Shown here piece by piece: positions 18,829 to 26,167 of a DNA stretch of 64,000 nt. The first letter of the stretch is position 1. Each line of letters starts with the position of its first letter. A program made the position numbers and the translations under genes. Under the pieces are notes generated by a model. The model worked only from the letters and a program-made list of their open reading frames with translations, had not been told where the DNA came from and searched no databases. The stretch comes from a virus. The stretch covers positions 53,130 through 117,129 of IMG/VR virus record IMGVR_UViG_3300032268_001483; one strand, written 5' to 3'.

Positions 18829-19689
18829 TTAAGCTAATTCAGACTCCAACTTTTCCTGTTTCATAAGTTCGTATGCCCTTGCAAGACGAGTCATACCAAT
18901 TCCACCACCGAACCTGTCAAAGAACTTATATGATAAAAACTCATCTAGTTCCTTTTCGACTCTGTCTTTCCCAAAGAGTTCGAAAAGCTTTGAGGAATAA
19001 GCACCGTTCTCTATTTTGTAGAACATTTCCCTCATTACATTCACATCGGAACTTCTCTGAGCCGACCCAATCGTTTCTTGTCCATATAGTATTACATCTA
19101 CTTTATTAAACAAACCCGTTTCTTCGTTCATTTTCATGTTAAAGAATGGATTTGTGCGCAACGGAAAATTCTGAAGAGACACAACTGGACTTTTTTCTTT
19201 CCACATTCTTGATTCATGTTCATCCTCAAGAATTGATACCCCACCATATTCTTCACAAACGTCGTCATAATTAACTTCTACAGGTGAATCAAATCCAAGG
19301 TGTTGAAGAAGTTCAGATTCCAATTCTACCATATCCTTCATTGTACCCTTTGATTCGAATTCAAACATAGTGAATACTTTTTTATGTCTACCAGGAATCG
19401 GATTTTTTTCATCTCTATATGATGTAGTTATACAGAAACAACCCGGAATTTCGGGATTTGATAATAATACTTCTTCGAGTATCATTTGGCCTGTTTGTTG
19501 AAGTGGCCAAATATCACCATCAAAATTAAATTTTGCGATAGAGTGAGGGTTTTCACAGGCTGCTAGTATGGTAAGATTTGCCTGAGTGGGTACTTCAATG
19601 AACCCTCTTTTTTGGAAGAATTCTCTGAGTAGATTTATCAACGAATTATAAGTTTCGATTGATTTAAGGTTTGTTCTTTCTTTTGACAT
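18829..19689 (-). CDS. Class II (Asp/Asn/Lys-type) aminoacyl-tRNA synthetase catalytic-domain paralog lacking the anticodon-binding domain
   Basis: Motif 1 LREFFQKRGFIEV, motif 2 SYRDE..GRH...FTMFEFE, ETIGSAQR, motif 3 GGGIGMTRL; 286 aa only. Confidence 0.8.
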   Translation of the reverse strand: MSKERTNLKSIETYNSLINLLREFFQKRGFIEVPTQANLTILAACENPHSIAKFNFDGDIWPLQQTGQMILEEVLLSNPEIPGCFCITTSYRDEKNPIPGRHKKVFTMFEFESKGTMKDMVELESELLQHLGFDSPVEVNYDDVCEEYGGVSILEDEHESRMWKEKSPVVSLQNFPLRTNPFFNMKMNEETGLFNKVDVILYGQETIGSAQRSSDVNVMREMFYKIENGAYSSKLFELFGKDRVEKELDEFLSYKFFDRFGGGIGMTRLARAYELMKQEKLESELA

Positions 19690-19873
19690 AATAATTTTTT
19701 TTTTATTAATTCAATAAAACTACTGAATTTTCAAATTTTTACAAATAAATCTTTCTATATATAAATCAAAATAACGAATAGTTCAAAAAATAGTAAAAAA
19801 ATTTTTTAAATAACTAAATCTTGATTAAATCTCCCAGTAAAATATAATATATACACTAAAATAAATTATCAAT

Positions 19874-21721
19874 ATGTGTGGAATAGTAGGTTTTTTAGGT
19901 TCACAGAATTCTTTTGAAATATTAATAAAAGGTCTACAAAGACTCGAATACCGTGGATATGATAGTTCTGGTATTGCTATTTTGGACAATCAAAATAATA
20001 TAGTTGTTAAGAAGAAAAAAGGGAAGGTAAAGGATTTAATTGATATTTGTGAATCCGAAAACTTAAAATCAACTATCGGAATCGGACACACAAGATGGGC
20101 AACTCACGGAGAACCTAATGATGTTAATGCACATCCACATCTTTCTCAAAATTCAGATTTAGCATTAATACATAACGGAATAATTGAGAACTATTCATCA
20201 ATAAAAGAAACACTGAAAAGGGAGGGCCACCAATTCCAAAGTGATACAGATACAGAAGTATTAATACATCTTATAGAAGAAATTAGAAATAAAGAAAATT
20301 TAGAATTGGAAGAAGCTCTTAGAATAACTTTACAAAGAGTCGTCGGTGCCTATGCGATTGTAATTTTAGATAAAAATAACCCAGATAAACTTTTTGCAGC
20401 TAGAAAAGGAAGTCCTCTAGTTTTAGGTATTGGTGAAGGTAATAATTTTTATATTGCTTCTGACGCTTCACCAATCATTGAATATACAAAAGATGTAGTT
20501 TATTTAGAAGAAGAACATATTCTTACAATAAGTAGAAATGGAGAAATTGTGATTAAGGATATCCAAAATCAGTTACAAACACCTTTCATACAAAAATTGG
20601 ATCTTGAAATAGAGAATATAGAGAAGGGTGGATATGCACATTTCATGATAAAGGAAATATTTCAACAAAATGTAACTATTGCTGATGCAATGAGAGGTAG
20701 AATAAATAGTAAATTGGAATTTGCTCAATTAGGCGGTTTGTTAAAGTGTGAAGATAAAATATTGAAATCGAATAGAATAATAATAGTTGGATGTGGAACA
20801 TCTTGGATTTCTGGATTGATTGGTGAATACCTACTTGAAGATTTAGCAAGAATTCAAACAGAAGTAGAATACGCTTCAGAATTTAGATATAGAAACCCTA
20901 TTGTTGGTGAAGGAGATGTAGTAATTGCTATTTCTCAGTCTGGTGAGACCGCAGATACTCTAGCAGCTATCGAAATAGCTAAATCGAAAGGTGCGTTTGT
21001 ATTTGGTATATGTAATGTGGTGGGATCATCTATAGCACGAAATTCGGATTCTGGTTCATATATACATGCCGGACCTGAGATAGGTGTAGCCTCAACAAAA
21101 GCATTTACTGGACAAATAGCTATATTAACACTTATGGCTCTTCAATTAGGTATGAAAAAAGGAACTTTGACAAAGGAATACTACCTAAAATTGGTTGAAG
21201 GATTAGAAAAAATTCCAGATAAAGTTTCTCAAATTCTAAAAAATTCAGAAAAATTATTAGAAATCGCAGAAGCTTGGAAAGATTCAACAAATTGCCTTTA
21301 TTTAGGTAGGGGATATACATTCCCTGTGGCATTAGAGGGAGCATTGAAACTTAAAGAAATTTCATATATACACGCTGAGGGATATCCAGCAGCAGAAATG
21401 AAGCACGGACCTATAGCTCTAATAGATGAAAATATGCCGGTTGTGGTGATAGCAACAAATCAAACTAATAGAGAAAAAATAATCAGTAATATACAAGAAG
21501 TCAAAGCTAGAAAAGGAAAAATCTTCTCTATAATTAGAGAGGGAGACGAAGAAATTAAAAAACTTTCGGATTTTAGTTTTGAGTTACCAGAAACTGAAGA
21601 CCCTCTAATGCCAATATTATCAGTCATTCCCCTACAGTTACTTTCCTACTACATTGCTGTACTGAGAGGTTGTGATGTAGATCAACCTAGAAATTTAGCG
21701 AAGTCGGTAACAGTTGAATAG
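19874..21721 (+). CDS. glmS: Glutamine-fructose-6-phosphate aminotransferase
   Basis: MCGIVG Ntn start, LEYRGYDS, GHTRWATHG, HNGIIEN, SQSGETADT, two SIS domains, PRNLAKSVTVE end. Confidence 0.97.
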   Translation: MCGIVGFLGSQNSFEILIKGLQRLEYRGYDSSGIAILDNQNNIVVKKKKGKVKDLIDICESENLKSTIGIGHTRWATHGEPNDVNAHPHLSQNSDLALIHNGIIENYSSIKETLKREGHQFQSDTDTEVLIHLIEEIRNKENLELEEALRITLQRVVGAYAIVILDKNNPDKLFAARKGSPLVLGIGEGNNFYIASDASPIIEYTKDVVYLEEEHILTISRNGEIVIKDIQNQLQTPFIQKLDLEIENIEKGGYAHFMIKEIFQQNVTIADAMRGRINSKLEFAQLGGLLKCEDKILKSNRIIIVGCGTSWISGLIGEYLLEDLARIQTEVEYASEFRYRNPIVGEGDVVIAISQSGETADTLAAIEIAKSKGAFVFGICNVVGSSIARNSDSGSYIHAGPEIGVASTKAFTGQIAILTLMALQLGMKKGTLTKEYYLKLVEGLEKIPDKVSQILKNSEKLLEIAEAWKDSTNCLYLGRGYTFPVALEGALKLKEISYIHAEGYPAAEMKHGPIALIDENMPVVVIATNQTNREKIISNIQEVKARKGKIFSIIREGDEEIKKLSDFSFELPETEDPLMPILSVIPLQLLSYYIAVLRGCDVDQPRNLAKSVTVE

Positions 21722-21722
21722 A

Positions 21723-22499
21723 TTAATCTTCATCAAAATTTGTTTCAAAACTGAGCATAAGATTTGAATTATCCTCTTTAACTAAGATAAAAGTCTCAAA
21801 AACGATGAACTGAATGTAGTCATTACTTTCGTTAATATTTGATAAATATTTTTTATTAAATATTAATTGTTCATTTTTATGTTCGATTCCATCTATCTCC
21901 AATTCCCATTTAGAAGGCTCATTCATAGTGACCTTCCCATTCATTACATTTATATAAAGAGTTTTATCTTCACTATTAATTGAAGATAGTTTCTTAACAT
22001 CTGAGAAATCGGATCTACTAATTTTGAAGCTCCACTTAGATAGTTTTGGATTCATTCTTGATTCAAGGATAGAATTAGTAATATCCCTTATTTTAAACTG
22101 TTCTCCACCAATACAGGATATTTTTAATTTTTCATTTGAAAATTGAGCAGAACGAACTTGCATCAAATCTTCTTTTTCCGGCATCTGTTTATAAACAATA
22201 TCCAATTTGATTTGTTTGTCTGGGTTAAAAAATTTGAGGTTCTTAACGAATTTGCCTGCAGAAGTAATAATGAAATCAAATGTTGAATCACTTTTGAAGT
22301 TTTCAAAGTAATCGTTAGTTTTCAGTGTATAACTTTTGAGTGCTAATACTGAAACATCGTTACTTAACATAGAATAAATTAGAGTCTTTTCAGACTCTAA
22401 TTTTATTTTAACGGTGTCATCTATATGACTTAAATCTTGTAATTTACTAACTAAATCTAAGAAGTTGCTACCTTTTATTTTTAAACTTAATTTGCTCAT
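21723..22499 (-). CDS. Possible DNA polymerase sliding clamp (gp45/PCNA-like)
   Basis: 258 aa, two-domain alpha/beta pattern, located next to a UvsY-like gene; no decisive motif. Confidence 0.45.
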   Translation of the reverse strand: MSKLSLKIKGSNFLDLVSKLQDLSHIDDTVKIKLESEKTLIYSMLSNDVSVLALKSYTLKTNDYFENFKSDSTFDFIITSAGKFVKNLKFFNPDKQIKLDIVYKQMPEKEDLMQVRSAQFSNEKLKISCIGGEQFKIRDITNSILESRMNPKLSKWSFKISRSDFSDVKKLSSINSEDKTLYINVMNGKVTMNEPSKWELEIDGIEHKNEQLIFNKKYLSNINESNDYIQFIVFETFILVKEDNSNLMLSFETNFDED

Positions 22500-22807
22500 A
22501 ATAAACTTGAAATTAATTGTGCTACTTTATAACCTGTGAATGCTCCAAGTGAAGCTGAAACTGGTAGAACTACAAACCTACCTAATCTTGTTTTATATTT
22601 ATCTCGATTTACTACATAAGAAATCAATAAGTAATAGAGAAAGAAGTTTATAAACACTGCTAAATCAAATTCTTTAGCCATAAAAACTACTATTGAGTTG
22701 CCAACAAAACCCCAACAGAAATTTATTAGGGACTCAACGGTAAGTTCAGAAATTGATGTTTTTGCACCAAATATATCAATTTCTCTTTTAAATAAATTAT
22801 TACTCAT
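22496..22807 (-). CDS. Small multi-pass membrane protein
   Basis: 103 aa with about three hydrophobic segments. Confidence 0.6.
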   Translation of the reverse strand: MSNNLFKREIDIFGAKTSISELTVESLINFCWGFVGNSIVVFMAKEFDLAVFINFFLYYLLISYVVNRDKYKTRLGRFVVLPVSASLGAFTGYKVAQLISSLL

Positions 22808-23295
22808 CTTCCTAAATAATTCATTAATTCAATAATATTTTTAATTGTATATCCTAAACTCTCTAAGTTTTTAGAAGTGCTTCTCAAAAATTCAATATAG
22901 TTTTCTATTAGTTGAATGTTTCTTTCATTCTCTGAGATATGCGCATCAATCAAAGTATTCTTTTCACCTAAAGAAGTTTTGAGTCCGATACCAAGTGCAT
23001 AAAACATAAACTTATCTTGTTTTACTTTTTTTAGTTTGACTTCTTCTTTACTTCTCTTATTTAAGAAGAAAGAAATTTGTTCATTAATCCTTTGTCTAAA
23101 AGTAAGTGAAGTTGCTTGAGAATCTATAACTTTAGAGTAACTTTCTAAAGTGAAGTTACTTTTAATGACATCAAAAAGAGGCTCAACATTTTTAGTCCAT
23201 TCTTCTCTTTTATCATTGAAGAATTCTTCTAATTTATCATTAGTCTCTTTGATTTTATTTATTCTGTCGAGTTCTTCTTGTGGGTAGAGGTTCAT
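22804..23295 (-). CDS. uvsY: UvsY-like recombination mediator
   Basis: Helical 163 aa; C-terminal IEFLRSTSKNLESLGYTIKNIIE resembles the UvsY C-terminus. Confidence 0.55.
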   Translation of the reverse strand: MNLYPQEELDRINKIKETNDKLEEFFNDKREEWTKNVEPLFDVIKSNFTLESYSKVIDSQATSLTFRQRINEQISFFLNKRSKEEVKLKKVKQDKFMFYALGIGLKTSLGEKNTLIDAHISENERNIQLIENYIEFLRSTSKNLESLGYTIKNIIELMNYLGR

Positions 23296-23320
23296 AAAAA
23301 TTTAAATTAGGCATTAGAAA

Positions 23321-23350
23321 ACAAATAAACTGATTTCTCAGTTTATTTGT
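23321..23350 (-). terminator. Hairpin/terminator after Cys-rich lipoprotein
   Basis: ACAAATAAACTGA-tttc-TCAGTTTATTTGT perfect 13-bp stem. Confidence 0.65.
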
Positions 23351-23367
23351 AAATTTTTGTAAAAGGT

Positions 23368-23538
23368 TTACTTTTTAGTGCAACAACTTTTTTCTGTTTT
23401 TGTACAAGTTTTTGTAGTTGTTTTCTCACAAGCTTTTTCACATTTAGTTTCACAATTTTTTTCCTTGTGAGCACAATGTTTGTTTGATGTACAAGATGTC
23501 ATAAAGACTACAAGTGCGAATAGAATTAATTTTTTCAT
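23368..23538 (-). CDS. Cys/Lys-rich small lipoprotein (56 aa), absent from ORF track
   Basis: Hand translation MKKLILFALVVFMTSC-TSNKHCAHKEKNCETKCEKACEKTTTKTCTKTEKSCCTKK. Confidence 0.75.
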   Translation of the reverse strand: MKKLILFALVVFMTSCTSNKHCAHKEKNCETKCEKACEKTTTKTCTKTEKSCCTKK

Positions 23539-23547
23539 AGTTTTTTT

Positions 23548-24450
23548 TTAAATTTTATTTTCAAATATAAATAGGTCAAAGATTGCATTTCCTTTAACAC
23601 CTTTTATTCTTTTCAAAACATCACCAGAAGTTGAGTCCAAAACTTTAAAAATACCAATATTAACACCTTTTTCGTCTAAAAGTTTTACTGTATTGCCTGG
23701 TTGACCTAAAGCTCCCAATATTGCAACATACTTCGTTCCATAAATACTTTTCACGAATGAAACTCTAAGATTGGCAAAATCTTTTAGATTATTGATATAG
23801 GGGTTATCCATTACTTTATTTAAATCTAATTGTGTTTCTGTATTTCTTGCTTTGACAGTTGCGAATTTTCTTTCTTCTGTTCCAAGCATTACATCTTCTT
23901 TATTTTGTATTGTTTGAGCTTTAAGAAGTGCTTGTTGATTTTTTCTAATTTCAATAAAGTCTGCCTTAGCAATTATACCACCTCTCATACCTCTATCATT
24001 CATATTATATCCCATTGGTGGTAGTCTATAAAAAGAACCGGTAAAAGTAATAGAAAGAATTCTATCAAAGCGAAACATCCTCCAAATTTTTTCGATACTC
24101 CTACTGTTAGAAACTGAGTAACCATTCAAGTGGTATCCCCTAATGAGAAAATTTCCTTTAGAAGATTTACCTAAAACCATAGGATAGATTACTCTTTCGT
24201 GACCGGCAAAGGCAGTATCTTTTTCCCCTTTGTAACTTATCAAGAAAATCATTCCATATTTAATTGCTTTAAGAATATTATCTTGAGTTGGTTTTACTGG
24301 TTCATTGATTTTGATGTCTGCTATTTCTTTAACATTTTTTAGTTGAAATCTAGGTATATAGAGATTATCTTCTCTAAGTTCATAATTTTCTCTAATTATA
24401 AACTCAACAGGTTTTGTATTATAGTACTGTCTGTGATCGTGTAAATTCAT
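23548..24450 (-). CDS. WYL-domain protein with additional C-terminal domain
   Basis: ERVIYPMVLG...LIRGYHL...WRMFRFDRILSI WYL-fold signature. Confidence 0.65.
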   Translation of the reverse strand: MNLHDHRQYYNTKPVEFIIRENYELREDNLYIPRFQLKNVKEIADIKINEPVKPTQDNILKAIKYGMIFLISYKGEKDTAFAGHERVIYPMVLGKSSKGNFLIRGYHLNGYSVSNSRSIEKIWRMFRFDRILSITFTGSFYRLPPMGYNMNDRGMRGGIIAKADFIEIRKNQQALLKAQTIQNKEDVMLGTEERKFATVKARNTETQLDLNKVMDNPYINNLKDFANLRVSFVKSIYGTKYVAILGALGQPGNTVKLLDEKGVNIGIFKVLDSTSGDVLKRIKGVKGNAIFDLFIFENKI

Positions 24451-24473
24451 GATAATCTATATATAATAAAATT

Positions 24474-24503
24474 GAAGTCAGAAATAAAAAAATTTCTGAC
24501 TTC
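24474..24503 (-). terminator. Hairpin/terminator after small lipoprotein
   Basis: GAAGTCAGAAAT-aaaaaa-ATTTCTGACTTC perfect 12-bp stem. Confidence 0.7.
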
Positions 24504-24559
24504 TTTAGGCCGACAGTAAAGTCTCTCCACCAATTTGTTTTTATATAAAACAAATAAAA

Positions 24560-24733
24560 TTATTTGTGTGCCTTTGCTGTGTCAACTTTAGCTGAGTCAA
24601 CTGAAGGAGTTGTTACAGTTGTAGTAGAAACCGATGTTGAATCACCTTCAGTTTTAGTTTCTTCAGTTGTTGAAGCCGTGTTACAAGAAGCTAAGAAAGT
24701 AACTACAGCAAAGATAAAAAGTACTTTTTTCAT
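24560..24733 (-). CDS. Ser/Thr-rich small lipoprotein (57 aa), absent from ORF track
   Basis: Hand translation MKKVLFIFAVVTFLASC-NTASTTEETKTEGDSTSVSTTTVTTPSVDSAKVDTAKAHK; own promoter-like motif and terminator. Confidence 0.8.
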   Translation of the reverse strand: MKKVLFIFAVVTFLASCNTASTTEETKTEGDSTSVSTTTVTTPSVDSAKVDTAKAHK

Positions 24734-24864
24734 AATAATTATAATTTTTGTTTTTTTTTGTTCTAACTATATATATTAATTCTTATATTAAGTTTATTTT
24801 TTTTTAATTTTTTTTTTTTGGAATCGAATTTATTTTTATAAATAATATAAAATAAATTTGTTGT

Positions 24865-25131
24865 ATGAAGAAAATAGAAAATCGTCAAGAACTTTCACAG
24901 TTATATTATCTAGTTCAGTCCAAACTCGAGGGTTATTTAACAATCCATAAAATAAGTGTAACTGAATTACACAATTACGTAAGTCACAATATTGAGGATT
25001 TTATCAAAGAATGTGATTTGGATAATGTCTTGGGTGTCTCGAGCATAATTTATGACGTGATAGAACATTTGAAGAACAACGAAGGGGACTCTATCGAAAA
25101 ATTTGAGTCGTTCAGGTTAAAATTCATGTAA
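24865..25131 (+). CDS. Hypothetical protein
   Basis: 88-aa ORF; KFESF motif near the C-terminus. Confidence 0.6.
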   Translation: MKKIENRQELSQLYYLVQSKLEGYLTIHKISVTELHNYVSHNIEDFIKECDLDNVLGVSSIIYDVIEHLKNNEGDSIEKFESFRLKFM

Positions 25132-25165
25132 GATCATGATACTACATAACTTACTGAGTTTTCAA

Positions 25166-25180
25166 TTTTAATATATATAG
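25166..25180 (+). promoter_or_regulatory. Late-promoter-like motif heading the tail-fibre locus
   Basis: TTTTAATATATATAG. Confidence 0.6.
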
Positions 25181-25199
25181 ATAAAATTTAATAAATTTA

Positions 25200-26150
25200 A
25201 TGGCAACTTATGGTACTCCTGGTTCACCTACTTATGCAGTAGCAATAAACAACTTAGTTGGCATGTTGGATGTTTTGCCTGACAACTCCTCTAACTTAAT
25301 TGACGCTCAAGACGTCCGAGATGTTGTCTCTGGCTTGTTCGAAAATATTGAGAATTTCGGGGCGAGTCTTTCTTCTTTTTCTTCTGCTAGTGTAGTCTAT
25401 AATAATCCTAACCCAACATCTGTAGAGTTGGGAGGTGTTCCTTTTAATTCCACCTTTTCTTCTGTTTCAGTACAACAGGTTTTGGATGCTCTTTTTTATC
25501 CTTACTTACCACCTACTCTGTCTTTGTCCGTATCACCGGGAGTTATAGAATATGGCGATACATCATCAACTGCAACTTTAAATTGGAATGTAACTGGTGG
25601 TATTAACAACGTTATATCTACAATCCTATATAGATCTCTTAATCCTAATCAAATCTTAACTTCACCTGCTGCGTTTACCTCAAGTTCTGGTGTATTAGCT
25701 CCTAATACTCTAAACTCTACTATAATTTCGACTTTTACTCTTAGTGTAACTGAACCTACTGTTTATAACCTGACAGCTAGTGTAAATGTTAGTCATAGGA
25801 GGTATTGGGGCACTCTTCCTTCATCCAGTCCTTTGATAGGTGTTTCTTCTTCTGGTTTTAGTTTTTCAGATATTTCTTTCTTAAATTCAGAATTAGAAGA
25901 GGATTATTCTCAAACACGCGATATATATGGTAATAATGAATACGTTGTTTTTGTTTGGCCAACATCACAAGTTAATCTCTTGAGTTTTCCTCCAAAAGTT
26001 TATATAAACGGTCTTCATAATAACGATTGGATTAAAACTAGGGATTCAGTGATTTTCTCAAATAATTTCGGTTATACTTCAAGTTACGATGTTTGGAGAT
26101 TTAACCATATTCAGGGTGGATACACATCATCTTATACTATTATAAGTTAA
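25200..26150 (+). CDS. Putative virion/tail-fibre-associated structural protein
   Basis: S/T/G-rich beta character; PTSVELGGVP..TF..QQVLDALFYPY and RRYWG modules; first gene of the structural locus. Confidence 0.6.
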   Translation: MATYGTPGSPTYAVAINNLVGMLDVLPDNSSNLIDAQDVRDVVSGLFENIENFGASLSSFSSASVVYNNPNPTSVELGGVPFNSTFSSVSVQQVLDALFYPYLPPTLSLSVSPGVIEYGDTSSTATLNWNVTGGINNVISTILYRSLNPNQILTSPAAFTSSSGVLAPNTLNSTIISTFTLSVTEPTVYNLTASVNVSHRRYWGTLPSSSPLIGVSSSGFSFSDISFLNSELEEDYSQTRDIYGNNEYVVFVWPTSQVNLLSFPPKVYINGLHNNDWIKTRDSVIFSNNFGYTSSYDVWRFNHIQGGYTSSYTIIS

Positions 26151-26167
26151 AAAAAATTTAGAATCAA

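Noticed and set aside
24510-24532. GTCTCTCCACCA resembling a tmRNA/tRNA 3' end
   Set aside because: No T-arm (GGTTCGA) or matching acceptor 5' strand upstream; it lies between a lipoprotein gene and its terminator.
24564-24779. ORF-track plus-strand 71-aa ORF
   Set aside because: It is the antisense shadow of the lipoprotein gene at 24560..24733(-).
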